IMG/VR virus record: IMGVR_UViG_3300034146_000008
Coordinates: 1-36,487 of that record
DNA length: 36,487 nt
Reading direction: 5' to 3' (one strand)
Source: a virus
In this document: piece after piece, positions 22,162 to 30,782 of the stretch
Layout of the letters: each line of letters starts with the position of its first letter
Position numbering within the stretch: the first letter of the stretch is position 1
The notes under the pieces: model-generated
What the model saw: the letters and a program-made list of their open reading frames with translations, nothing else
What the model was told of the DNA's origin: nothing
Database searches by the model: none
Program-made: the position numbers and the translations under genes

Positions 22162-23211
22162 TTACAAGATTGATGTGTATGCGTCTTCCCACATGTGAGA
22201 GACGTTGTTTATGTCGTATATAAATGACACGTACTTCTTAGCTTCTTTCCCGAGAGCAACCCTATAGTCTTTATCGTTAATGAGCTTCTCTATTTGCTCA
22301 ATCCATTCGTCAGTAGTATCTGCTAGAAGCAAGTAACGGCAGTCAGGGACAGACTGGTATGGACTGTCATCGGTCATAAATTCCTGGCAGATGCATGGAA
22401 CCCCAAGCATTGCGAACTCTAGAAACTTAATATTTGACTTTGCCTTGTTTACCTCGTTATCTGCACGAGGAATAACCACCATATCTAAGCGCAATTCATT
22501 GATAGCGTCGTAGTACTTGTCTGCATCAACGAAATAGTGCATCTCTACGTTCTTACTATTCCAGTATGCATACTCATTCTTGTAGATTTCTTGCACGGTC
22601 GGGTTTCCTTCGGGGTCAGGAAGAACCATAGCGACTAGCTGGACACGTTCATCATGCTCATAGTGATCAATGATAGGTTTTAGGACTTCGAGGTCTCCTG
22701 TGGTGCCTACAGAGCCAACAATACCTATTCGAATCTTATCTGATTCGTTCTTTAAAGGGTCATCAAAGTAGAAAGGGTCAACACAGTTGGGTAAGACCAC
22801 AACGTTGTCGTTTAGTTTTAGATATTCATCCTTTAAATACTCGGTAGTACATGTAACGAGGTCTGCTTCCTTAATGAAAGTCTCAATATCTTCCATTTTG
22901 TTTGGCTGTTTCTCTGCCATGTACTCAGTAAGCTTTGAATGCTCAGGGTTTTTGTAGGTATCGTCGTTGTCATAGACTATTTTCTTGCCGAGGCTCTTCA
23001 AAAGACGTGCTAGTTGCAGCTTCTTCTCCCCTTCCGGCCTATGAAAAACAACAACATCCGCCTGCATAACGGCCTGCTGCTGTATGTTCGAACCTTTTTG
23101 AGGTCCAGTAAGGCTTGTCCTATCCCCATCCCATCCATTAGCAGTAAGTGGAAGAAGACAACGGAGGTTGTAGCAAGCTTCTATTCCACTTGAGACATAG
23201 TAGACACGCAT
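22162..23211 (-). CDS. GT-B fold glycosyltransferase (GT1/GT4-like)
   Basis: 349 aa with two Rossmann-like halves. The C-terminal half has IRIGIVGS ... SNIKFLEFAMLGVPCICQ (E..A.G.P motif) and ...LINDKDYRVALGKEAKKYV, typical of family 1/4 transferases. Confidence 0.6.
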   Translation of the reverse strand: MRVYYVSSGIEACYNLRCLLPLTANGWDGDRTSLTGPQKGSNIQQQAVMQADVVVFHRPEGEKKLQLARLLKSLGKKIVYDNDDTYKNPEHSKLTEYMAEKQPNKMEDIETFIKEADLVTCTTEYLKDEYLKLNDNVVVLPNCVDPFYFDDPLKNESDKIRIGIVGSVGTTGDLEVLKPIIDHYEHDERVQLVAMVLPDPEGNPTVQEIYKNEYAYWNSKNVEMHYFVDADKYYDAINELRLDMVVIPRADNEVNKAKSNIKFLEFAMLGVPCICQEFMTDDSPYQSVPDCRYLLLADTTDEWIEQIEKLINDKDYRVALGKEAKKYVSFIYDINNVSHMWEDAYTSIL

Positions 23212-23212
23212 A

Positions 23213-23572
23213 TTATTCTCCTTCTAGTTCCTGTAACTCACGCTTCATATCTTCAATTTTGATACGCTTGAGTTCCTTTAGACGATTAAGCTCTTCCTCT
23301 ACACGGTAAATTTGTTCCTGAATAGCCTTTGGAGAGCTGAGGTCAACAAGAGTTTGAACAAGACCTTTAGGAGCGTTGTCTGTACTTGGTTCTTCAGTCT
23401 GAGTTGCATCAGTACCAGCCAAGCGTTCTGTAATAGCTTGAATCTGTTCCTTGGTTGGTTTGTAAACTTCGTTACGCTCAATGATCTCCTTTGTGTGAGG
23501 GTCAATTACGTTTCCTAGTGTGTCGATACGTACACGTTCTTTCTTTATATTTGGTGAAATTATGACGTTCAT
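23213..23572 (-). CDS. hypothetical protein (ORF-track start 23599 is GTG inside a hairpin; trimmed to ATG 23572)
   Basis: 119 aa, MNVIISPN..., C-terminal coiled coil. Confidence 0.55.
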   Translation of the reverse strand: MNVIISPNIKKERVRIDTLGNVIDPHTKEIIERNEVYKPTKEQIQAITERLAGTDATQTEEPSTDNAPKGLVQTLVDLSSPKAIQEQIYRVEEELNRLKELKRIKIEDMKRELQELEGE

Positions 23573-23588
23573 GTTGTGTCCTGATTGT

Positions 23589-23622
23589 CTTGGGTACACC
23601 GAATCAGGCGAATGTACCCAAG
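23589..23622 (-). terminator. 10-bp perfect hairpin after the capsid-associated gene (attenuator/terminator or RNA-processing site candidate)
   Basis: CTTGGGTACA-N14-TGTACCCAAG. No T-run on either strand. Confidence 0.35.
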
Positions 23623-23646
23623 CACAACAATTATTTATTAATTGGT

Positions 23647-24036
23647 TTACTTAGCTGTCTTAGTTTCAGACTTTGCCTGAGCTTCAGCAGCTTTCATTGT
23701 TTCTGCACGGTTAGCAGCCTTAGCCTCGTGAGAAGCCTTGAGAGCAGCAACCTCAGCTTCGTGCTTAGCATCGAGAGCTTTGATCTGTGATTCAAGGTTT
23801 TCACCACCTTCCTCAATGTTTACTGCTGTTGAGTAGCTGTCTTCGAACATAGCTACACGCATAGCGAACATTTCGTCGGTTTCGTCGTCAAACTGGACTG
23901 GATAGTGGCCGTCGTAGCCTGCTGTTGGAGCGAGGTTTGGCTTACCATTATCAAGACGATTTCCGTTTGGACCGATAGGTGTACCCTGTTCTGCAAGCTT
24001 GCTTGATGAAGTTGTCTTTGCTTTTTCTTTACTCAT
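23647..24036 (-). CDS. head-associated protein (decoration/auxiliary capsid protein candidate)
   Basis: 129 aa, directly downstream of the major capsid gene, with an Ala/Lys/Glu-rich C-terminus. Confidence 0.45.
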   Translation of the reverse strand: MSKEKAKTTSSSKLAEQGTPIGPNGNRLDNGKPNLAPTAGYDGHYPVQFDDETDEMFAMRVAMFEDSYSTAVNIEEGGENLESQIKALDAKHEAEVAALKASHEAKAANRAETMKAAEAQAKSETKTAK

Positions 24037-24056
24037 ATAGTTACTGGATTAAGCTA

Positions 24057-24992
24057 TTAAGCCTGTGAAAGGATAAGTACTCCTGCTTCATCACGGTTTT
24101 CGATCACACCGTATAGGATGTCAGAAGTTGTAAGGGTTGAGAGGTACTCAGGGATGTAGTGAGACTGAACACGGATACCGTATTCACCTGTCATCATCTG
24201 TCCGCCGTCACCAGCCATTGAACCGCCTTCACCGAGTGGTGATGTAGCAAAGTGGATAGCGTCACGGTGCGCAAGGGCGTTGTTACGTCCTGTTGAACCT
24301 GATACGTACTGGATGTTGTTAGACACATACACTGGGATACCGTAGAGAAGGTACTGAGGACGCTTCGCTGTTGGGTCGTTACTTGGAGAGTTAATCGCAA
24401 GTGAGAACTTGTCGATACCCTGAACCTGAGACCAGAACACACCTGAAGAAAGGAAGAATGCAACATCTGTTGATGTGTCAATTCCGTTTCCTTCAAGGAT
24501 ACCGATAGCTGAACGAATCGTAGCGTCAGTAATTGCTGTAAGAGAAGTTCCTACAACGTTTGAGAATCCTGCGAAGAGTGATGCAATAGCTACTTCAAGC
24601 TTTTTAGCGAGAGTGTAACCTGCGCTCTGAGCGTAACGTTCCTGGAGGTAGTATGAACGCTTGAGCTGTGCTGCTTCACGGTCTTCAATTGCGAACGACA
24701 CTTCAAACCACTGGTTGACTGTAAGTGTTACTTTCGTGTCTGTTGGAGAGTTGAGAGTAACTGCTGTAGCGTTAGCCTTAGCATTTGCAGTCATTTCAGT
24801 TGTTGTCGGTGTGTAGAGGGTGTTACCACCATCTGCGAGCTCATCAGAACGGTCTGTGAAGAAGTCTGCGAGCATGAGTTTTAGTTTGTAAAACTCGTTG
24901 ATCTTGTCACCCCATACCGCTGGAATATAACTAGCCAGCGTTGTTGAGGTTTCTGTATTGGTTGGAAATGGCATGTTTGTAATGCCCAACAC
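24057..24992 (-). CDS. major capsid protein (HK97-fold type)
   Basis: 311 aa. Position after the scaffold. Pattern ...VTLTVNQWFEVSFAIEDREAAQ...YAQSAGYTLAKKLEVAI... is typical of phage major capsid proteins. The 24992 start is GTG; an alternative ATG is at 24974. Confidence 0.65.
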   Translation of the reverse strand: MLGITNMPFPTNTETSTTLASYIPAVWGDKINEFYKLKLMLADFFTDRSDELADGGNTLYTPTTTEMTANAKANATAVTLNSPTDTKVTLTVNQWFEVSFAIEDREAAQLKRSYYLQERYAQSAGYTLAKKLEVAIASLFAGFSNVVGTSLTAITDATIRSAIGILEGNGIDTSTDVAFFLSSGVFWSQVQGIDKFSLAINSPSNDPTAKRPQYLLYGIPVYVSNNIQYVSGSTGRNNALAHRDAIHFATSPLGEGGSMAGDGGQMMTGEYGIRVQSHYIPEYLSTLTTSDILYGVIENRDEAGVLILSQA

Positions 24993-25005
24993 ATAGTGCG
25001 TGGGC

Positions 25006-25539
25006 TTACTGGCCCATCATCTTCTTCCAAGCTGCTTTATGTTCATCACGAGATGAACCAGCTTTAAAACTTTTGTCTTCAGGTTTTGATTCACCTGAAC
25101 CACGTGCAGCACCGAGTTTAGCTTGTTCCTTACGCTTACTTTCCTTCCAAGTAGTCTGAAATGAAGTAAACAAAGGGTCTTTAATGGCATCAGTGAGTTT
25201 TACTCCTTTGCCTTTAGCTACAACTTTTGCTTGGTCGATCTCCTCATCGGAGAAACCACGTGCAATAAGCTTTAACTCATCAGAATAATGCGGGTCAGCA
25301 TTATTGGTGTTGTTAATATTTGGTTGCACCTTAGGTGCTTTGTCGGGAGAGCCTTTAGTTGCGTCGTAAGCAATAGCTTTACGCTGCATACTTGTGAACT
25401 CTTTCTTGCTGAGGACTACTGTGTCTTCTTTAGAGTCTTCCGTCGAAGATTCTTCATCGGAACCTGTTTCCTCGTGTGTAGTAGTTTCTTCCTGCTCCTC
25501 TACACTTTCGGGAGCCTGTACGTTTGTTTCTTCTGCCAT
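25006..25539 (-). CDS. scaffolding protein (candidate)
   Basis: 177 aa with a highly acidic N-terminus, charged and helical. Lies between the portal and capsid genes. Confidence 0.5.
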   Translation of the reverse strand: MAEETNVQAPESVEEQEETTTHEETGSDEESSTEDSKEDTVVLSKKEFTSMQRKAIAYDATKGSPDKAPKVQPNINNTNNADPHYSDELKLIARGFSDEEIDQAKVVAKGKGVKLTDAIKDPLFTSFQTTWKESKRKEQAKLGAARGSGESKPEDKSFKAGSSRDEHKAAWKKMMGQ

Positions 25540-25612
25540 AAACGATAATGGTTAAACGTTCAGTGAGGAACGATACTCGTAATAAGGTCGTTTTTGGACG
25601 GTACGATAACCG

Positions 25613-25840
25613 TTAGCGTGCTTCGTTAAGCTCAGGCTTTTTCTTAGGCTTTGACTGGAACATGTAGTCCATTTCTTCAAAAGCTTTATCAATCACTTCC
25701 TTAGCCTCTGCGACTGCACTTGTGTCTTCTTTGTCGAACACTTTCTTGATCGCTTCTTCCCGTAGGAACGCAATAAGGTAGCCGTGAACGTTCACTCGCA
25801 TATCCTTGTTGTTATAAAATTCTTGTAGAGAGTTATTCAT
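25613..25840 (-). CDS. hypothetical protein
   Basis: 75-aa ORF, ATG at 25840. Confidence 0.55.
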   Translation of the reverse strand: MNNSLQEFYNNKDMRVNVHGYLIAFLREEAIKKVFDKEDTSAVAEAKEVIDKAFEEMDYMFQSKPKKKPELNEAR

Positions 25841-26033
25841 AGCTTGGGTAGTATTCGAACCCGATACACGACTCTAGTTGCTGGGAGGTTGCCTCTTGCT
25901 TCCAGTTCTCATCAAGCCAAACGTCGTCTGGCCGTATTCTTCGTTCCTTGAGGAGAGCATCATGGGCTGACTTCGCCATGATGTATTTCTTGACGATATA
26001 GCGTTTCTCAGGACACGTTACTTTCTGCTTCAT
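25833..26033 (-). CDS. hypothetical protein
   Basis: 66-aa ORF with ATGA-type overlap to the portal gene. Confidence 0.5.
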   Translation of the reverse strand: MKQKVTCPEKRYIVKKYIMAKSAHDALLKERRIRPDDVWLDENWKQEATSQQLESCIGFEYYPSYE

Positions 26034-27856
26034 ACAACAGGTGTTGGGTTAGCTTCTAATGAGAGTTCTACTGGTTGTGGCTCAGTTACCTCTTCTTCTG
26101 GTGCAGCAAGCTGTTGCTGTTTATTCTTTTCAGCGATAGCTGCTGAGATAGAGACTGGACTGATACCAGCTCCTGAGAGCTCTATGATCTTCATAAGCAC
26201 TTGTGAAAGGACTGGGTCTTGTGTGAGAGCTGGATTGTTCGCAACAGTCATCAGGATGTTTGTGAGGCTTTCTAGTGTTGCTGCTTTGTTTCGCTGTTCG
26301 CCTGTAACGTTGACGGTAATTTTTGCTGAGAAGTTCTTGTAGAAGTCTTTAGGAATGTTTAGGAAACGCTTGTTCTTAGTCTGTTTAATGAACTCGTCAG
26401 CGTTATCTAGGAATGCCTGGTAGTCTTCAGCCGAAACAATCTTCCCTTCGAACATAAGCTCTGCTGCACGCTCGTTAGCTACACGAGTAGCGAAGTTACG
26501 GTCAATTTCTTTAAGCTCTTCAGGGGTAAAGTCGTATGCGAGGATATGCTCTCTGTTCAGCTTTGTAGCGAGATACGGCATTATCCAGTCCTCAAATATC
26601 TCTGTAATGAAAATTCCTAGTTCCTGCTGAAGGTTTCTAAATACGCTTGAAGACTGCTGTAGGACGGTTGCCTGTAAACGAAATGGAGTACCTGAAAGTG
26701 GAGTATCGCCACGCTGAGCTGCGTATGCTGATGTAGTTTTCTCTAACTGAGAGTTCCACTGGTTAATAAGGTTTTGGTACTGCCCAAGACCACCAGATGG
26801 AAGGAGTTGCACAGGTACGATAGGCTTGTTGTGTTCAACTTCGAGGACTACACCATCGTCTGTTTCTGCAAGGAGATTGCGTCCTTTTACTTTCTTAGAT
26901 GCTGACTGAGCAATAACCTTTGAGGTGTATTCCATGGCTCGGAACTGCTTTAAGACTGTGTCGTTGGTCCACACCTGAGCTTCCTCACCTTCTTCAAACA
27001 CGCCTACTCCGAATGCTCGTCCAGCACGAGGTTTACGAGCGAGATACTTGTAGACCTCTTCTGTGTCGTCTTCCCAGTAAAGAGGAATATGAGCGTCTGT
27101 ACTTAGTTTTCTACGGCCAGTGACTGTTGGAGTACCTGCTACGTAGTGGAGCTGGTATGAGTACTCAACCTTGTCTTCGTCTGTTATTTCCTCACCATTT
27201 AGCTCTTTGATGTAAGAACGTGGGAACATTCCACGGATTTCGTAGACTGGAACACGCTTAGTAGAGCCCTGGTCACGAAGACTTTGGATAACCTTCTTTA
27301 GAGGTTCCTTTTCCCATACTTCGAGCTTGTCTGAGAGCTCTTTAGCAGTCATGTAATGACCTTCAATGATTGGGTTATTGAGAATGTCTACTTGGTCTGT
27401 GATCAAGTTTTTCCATGCTGGAAGCTCTATGTAGAGCATTTCCTTGCCGTTCTTGTCTTTTCGTAGACACTTCTTAACGAGAAGAGCTCCATAACGGGAG
27501 TGAACGTCACGCATATCGTTCAATGTCTTACCGAAATTACTCTCCTTCATGTAGACGTAGATGTCCTTTGTCATAAACATCGACTCTGTATAGTGATTTC
27601 CGTCGTCTGAGGTTGCTTGGATGTCTGATGTGTTGATGTCTTTAGCACTGTTCTCCACGTCACACACAGCATTGAGAATCTGGTAGTACGGCTTATCACG
27701 GCCACGTTCATCTTTCTGACCGTTTATGTACTTACTATTGGAGTAGAACTCGATAGTCCTAATAAGTTTCTTCTGAGAAAAAGTAAGACCATCAACCAAC
27801 TCAATGGTCGTGTCATAGTTCTTCTTTAATGATTCGAGCTCTGTGATTATATTCAT
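26030..27856 (-). CDS. portal protein
   Basis: 608 aa. The size, and the position just downstream of terL and upstream of the scaffold and capsid genes, support the call. Acidic C-terminus. Confidence 0.65.
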   Translation of the reverse strand: MNIITELESLKKNYDTTIELVDGLTFSQKKLIRTIEFYSNSKYINGQKDERGRDKPYYQILNAVCDVENSAKDINTSDIQATSDDGNHYTESMFMTKDIYVYMKESNFGKTLNDMRDVHSRYGALLVKKCLRKDKNGKEMLYIELPAWKNLITDQVDILNNPIIEGHYMTAKELSDKLEVWEKEPLKKVIQSLRDQGSTKRVPVYEIRGMFPRSYIKELNGEEITDEDKVEYSYQLHYVAGTPTVTGRRKLSTDAHIPLYWEDDTEEVYKYLARKPRAGRAFGVGVFEEGEEAQVWTNDTVLKQFRAMEYTSKVIAQSASKKVKGRNLLAETDDGVVLEVEHNKPIVPVQLLPSGGLGQYQNLINQWNSQLEKTTSAYAAQRGDTPLSGTPFRLQATVLQQSSSVFRNLQQELGIFITEIFEDWIMPYLATKLNREHILAYDFTPEELKEIDRNFATRVANERAAELMFEGKIVSAEDYQAFLDNADEFIKQTKNKRFLNIPKDFYKNFSAKITVNVTGEQRNKAATLESLTNILMTVANNPALTQDPVLSQVLMKIIELSGAGISPVSISAAIAEKNKQQQLAAPEEEVTEPQPVELSLEANPTPVV

Positions 27857-28002
27857 CGGCTATTTTGCTGATTTATGCGTGCTTTCGACTCCATACGGTC
27901 AAGCTGCTCAAGCCGATCTTCCTCATCAGTTATTGGTTCCCAATCGCTAAAGTAAACTTTTTTGATGAGAGCGTATTCTGCTGGGTCGTCGAGCCTGGGC
28001 AT
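27853..28002 (-). CDS. 49-aa hypothetical protein (candidate)
   Basis: Hand translation: MPRLDDPAEYALIKKVYFSDWEPITDEEDRLEQLDRMESKARINQQNSR. ATGA overlap with the portal start. Preceded by a conserved promoter-like element. Confidence 0.45.
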   Translation of the reverse strand: MPRLDDPAEYALIKKVYFSDWEPITDEEDRLEQLDRMESKARINQQNSR

Positions 28003-28009
28003 TTACGCG

Positions 28010-28040
28010 GTGAATGTAATACCTGTGTAGCTCGTGTCTA
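28010..28040 (-). promoter_or_regulatory. conserved promoter-like element, type 1 copy (TAGACA-N16-TACATT) ending 7 nt before the ATG at 28002
   Basis: Minus strand: TAGACACGAGCTACACAGGTATTACATTCACCGCGTAA-ATG. Confidence 0.55.
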
Positions 28041-28238
28041 GTACCTAGTTTTGAAAAGAGAAAATAGCCACCGAATTGTTTTAAAATTCATATCTTTGTA
28101 CCTATAAGTCTTTATCCCTTCTTCCCATTTCCTATATGAAGTCCAGTAACCTAAAGGGTTACTCGCTCGCAACTTTCTTCGCATCGTCCAAAATAACGAG
28201 GGATATTTGAATGTAAATAAGTATTTAAGTGTATTCAT
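28038..28238 (-). CDS. hypothetical basic/aromatic protein
   Basis: 66 aa with ATGA overlap to the terL stop. Confidence 0.45.
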   Translation of the reverse strand: MNTLKYLFTFKYPSLFWTMRRKLRASNPLGYWTSYRKWEEGIKTYRYKDMNFKTIRWLFSLFKTRY

Positions 28239-29434
28239 CGTGTTTGTTCAACAGACTGTCGTAAACGTGAGAGCATACGGTCTGCTTTCTCCTGTTCTTC
28301 GTCTACTGTTCCGTCTTTGATAAGCGAAACAAGCGCATATCGTAATGCGTCCATGGTGTGGTCAAAACCTGATTCTGGGATGTTCAGGACCTTGCCGTTC
28401 TTGTCAGTCATCCATAGGTAGTTTCGATACTCCTTAATGACGTTGATAGATCGTTTGGTGACTGAGATGCGTGCGTCTTGAATGACCCCTATACCGTTAC
28501 GGACTGAGTCTGGTCCCTTGTCTGCTCCGACAATTGTTACCCCATAGCTTGCAATGTCATCTATGCTTTTAGGCTCTGCGCTATCAGCTATAACCAGAGC
28601 TGTGTCTTGGCTGTTTAAAATATCTGCGATTTGCTTGTTAGATAGCCCTTTCTTAAAGGTTATTTCGTCTATGATGTAGCCACTGTTGTAGTAGTAAATA
28701 GCTACGATCGCTGTTGGGTCGTTTGTGTATCCAAAGTCGAGACCATAACGCTCAAGTCGTGCCTCGTGAGGTACTTCATCTATGATCTTCCAGTCCTTGT
28801 AAATCTTGCCTTCTACTTCACCTAGCTGACCAAGACCGTACACTTGCCACCATCCTTTACGGCTTTTACGTGCAAGGATAGAGCTCTTAATCTCTTCGGG
28901 AATGCCTTCGTTATCTATAAAGGTAAGGATTATGTGGTCCACGTCTTCGCGTGTTCCTAGTACATCTGTGTAGAACCAGAACTCATTTGTAGGGTTCCAG
29001 TCGAGGAAGATAAACTCTTTGGTACGTACTTCAATTTCATCGAACGCTTCGAGCTTGATGTTGTTTGCTTCATTTAAAAATGCTCTATCACGTCGTCCTC
29101 CACGGAGCTTTGAGTCGTCATCTGCTGGGAAGAACTCTATTTCACTGCCTGTTTCAAAAGTATAGGTTCTATCGGTCACGCTCCAGTTATCCTGCTTCCA
29201 GTATCCATGCCCTTTCATTATGTTCTTAAAGTCACGGAGAGCTCCACGCTTAAGGTGGGGTAGAGACTCTGAAATAACAGACGTAAGCGTAGGACTTGTG
29301 TCTCGTTGAGCCTTATCTATCAAATACGAAAGGATACTGATGGTCTTAGAGCTAGAGGTTCCCCCTTGTACAGCTCTAATCTTCTTCTTCAGGCTCGCTA
29401 CTTTCTTCAGTGCTGTTGTTATCTGGTATTGCAT
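28235..29434 (-). CDS. terL: terminase large subunit
   Basis: 399 aa. Walker A VQGGTSSSKT, Walker-B-like RAFLNEAN, and nuclease motifs GLDFGYTNDPTA, IADSAEPKS and FDHTMDALRYA (PBSX/Terminase_3-like pattern). Confidence 0.9.
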   Translation of the reverse strand: MQYQITTALKKVASLKKKIRAVQGGTSSSKTISILSYLIDKAQRDTSPTLTSVISESLPHLKRGALRDFKNIMKGHGYWKQDNWSVTDRTYTFETGSEIEFFPADDDSKLRGGRRDRAFLNEANNIKLEAFDEIEVRTKEFIFLDWNPTNEFWFYTDVLGTREDVDHIILTFIDNEGIPEEIKSSILARKSRKGWWQVYGLGQLGEVEGKIYKDWKIIDEVPHEARLERYGLDFGYTNDPTAIVAIYYYNSGYIIDEITFKKGLSNKQIADILNSQDTALVIADSAEPKSIDDIASYGVTIVGADKGPDSVRNGIGVIQDARISVTKRSINVIKEYRNYLWMTDKNGKVLNIPESGFDHTMDALRYALVSLIKDGTVDEEQEKADRMLSRLRQSVEQTR

Positions 29435-29774
29435 CTAGTGGTTTTAGATTGTCTAAAAGAGGGGTAGGAATAGTTACCTCGTGCTTGTTATCAGTCGTAG
29501 TGTGAGGATTACCTTCAGCCATCTTCCAAATAACCTCTTTAGGTAGTCCTTGTAGGAACTCCTGACGCTCTTCATCGTTCATAGAAGCCAGCATTTCCTT
29601 GGCGTATTCCTTTAAGGACTTACTACCCTTTGGTCTACCGCTTGGATTACCAGACTGTCCCTTCTTAAATACCCAAGGCTGAAGATGCACAGGTACTTTG
29701 CTGTTTTGTGGCTGTTCTCCAGCATCTTCCTCTTCCTCGAAGTCTTCTTCAGTTGTTAGGTTTTCTTCTTCCAT
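29376..29774 (-). CDS. terminase small-subunit-like protein (DUF5681-type motif, tentative)
   Basis: 132 aa. FKKGQSGNPSGRPKGSK is the motif I associate with small-terminase-like phage proteins. Acidic termini. Overlaps terL by 59 nt. Confidence 0.45.
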   Translation of the reverse strand: MEEENLTTEEDFEEEEDAGEQPQNSKVPVHLQPWVFKKGQSGNPSGRPKGSKSLKEYAKEMLASMNDEERQEFLQGLPKEVIWKMAEGNPHTTTDNKHEVTIPTPLLDNLKPLDAIPDNNSTEESSEPEEED

Positions 29775-29776
29775 AG

Positions 29777-29977
29777 CTACTTCTTTTTAAACACGTAATG
29801 TTGCTCTAAAGGGTTGGAGCACTCGACTTTCTGAGCTAAATATTGCACCTCTAAGTACTGCTGAGTCTGCATATTAAAGAAGCTTAGAGATATATGGTTC
29901 TCTCCTTTTGGTTTAGCAGCGATATGTAAAGTTACTTCGTCTGCTTCTTCAAATGTCATTCGTGTACTGTCTTCCAT
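29777..29977 (-). CDS. hypothetical protein
   Basis: 66-aa ORF, ATG at 29977. Confidence 0.5.
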   Translation of the reverse strand: MEDSTRMTFEEADEVTLHIAAKPKGENHISLSFFNMQTQQYLEVQYLAQKVECSNPLEQHYVFKKK

Positions 29978-29982
29978 AGTGG

Positions 29983-30099
29983 TTATTCCTTTACCGTTTC
30001 AACACTCTCTATCTCGTAGTCCTTAATGACTCCTTGAGCTACTAGTTGTATAAGCTCTAGTTCTACAAGTTGGGCTACTTTCTTCTCTGCTTCAGTCAT
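29983..30099 (-). CDS. 38-aa hypothetical protein (candidate)
   Basis: Hand translation: MTEAEKKVAQLVELELIQLVAQGVIKDYEIESVETVKE. The ATG is 2 nt after the upstream stop. Confidence 0.35.
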   Translation of the reverse strand: MTEAEKKVAQLVELELIQLVAQGVIKDYEIESVETVKE

Positions 30100-30101
30100 G
30101 G

Positions 30102-30329
30102 TTACTTTGCTCTCCGAGCTCTAAACATTGGTCTTATCTCTTTAGGCATAGGCACAACTTCAAACGAGTTCCCTTTCCTTTTACGTTCTAAGTAAGCCTT
30201 GAACTGTATTTCATGTACTAGTTCGCAGTCACAGCACTTAAAGAAGTAAGTTTCAGACGGAAATACCCACTCACTCCATCCACCTCTTCCTGCTATATGA
30301 TGCTTAAACTTTTTTGGTACTTTGTTCAT
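30102..30329 (-). CDS. hypothetical Cys-containing protein (trimmed to ATG 30329)
   Basis: MNKVPKKFKHH...FFKCCDCELVHE... The ORF-track start 30380 would overlap the upstream gene by 46 nt; the ATG at 30329 lies 5 nt after its stop. Confidence 0.5.
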   Translation of the reverse strand: MNKVPKKFKHHIAGRGGWSEWVFPSETYFFKCCDCELVHEIQFKAYLERKRKGNSFEVVPMPKEIRPMFRARRAK

Positions 30330-30334
30330 AGTGC

Positions 30335-30625
30335 TTAAGCTTCCCTTGTCGGTACAATTAGTCTTGCGTCTTTTTCCCACCTCTTTACTGTTAAGGCTTC
30401 AGCATTAGATTTCTTACGCTCATAGATCATCTTCTTGAGGGTACCTATAGCGTTCATTACCTCTGCCTTAGTCTTCATTTGACCGAAGTGAGGTGTCTTC
30501 CCTTTCATTCGTAGTTCAAGAACCTTATAGGCAGTATCCCGCCTTAGGCGTTGGTGTTTTGGGAAAGTATCTAGGTACTCTTCCAATAAGATGTGTCCTT
30601 CATTTTTAAGCTTATCTATAGTCAT
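30335..30625 (-). CDS. hypothetical protein
   Basis: 96-aa ORF, ATG at 30625. Confidence 0.55.
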   Translation of the reverse strand: MTIDKLKNEGHILLEEYLDTFPKHQRLRRDTAYKVLELRMKGKTPHFGQMKTKAEVMNAIGTLKKMIYERKKSNAEALTVKRWEKDARLIVPTREA

Positions 30626-30638
30626 AGTTGCTTATTGA

Positions 30639-30772
30639 GAGGTGCTACACCCTCCACACAATCAGCATGCCTGGTCAGCTTTCGAGGGCCTTACCTATAC
30701 TGATTAGTGAAGAGTTGTCGAGAATGCCCCTGCACAGAAAAGGAGAGAATCATGCAGAGGGTGTAACACCCC
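30639..30772. ncRNA. candidate structured intergenic element (~130 nt closed by a 14-bp helix)
   Basis: GGTGCTACACCCTC (30641-30654) pairs with GAGGGTGTAACACC (30757-30770) at 13/14 positions. Nested AATCAG (30660-30665)/CTGATT (30700-30705) and CTGCA/TGCAG helices. No ORF. Confidence 0.35.
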
Positions 30773-30782
30773 TTCTAAATAA

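Noticed and set aside
5636-30650. The hexamer CTACAC as a shared regulator half-site. It recurs in the 13-bp repeats, the type 1 promoter spacer and the 30641 helix.
   Set aside because: A 6-mer is expected roughly 18 times on both strands of a 36-kb genome, so recurrence alone is not significant. Only the longer repeats are reported.
30626-30782. Hammerhead or other small self-cleaving ribozyme in the structured intergenic element.
   Set aside because: I looked for the CUGAUGA...GAAA core. Only CTGATTAG or CTGATTG and a CGAAAG are present, in an arrangement that does not build the three-way junction.
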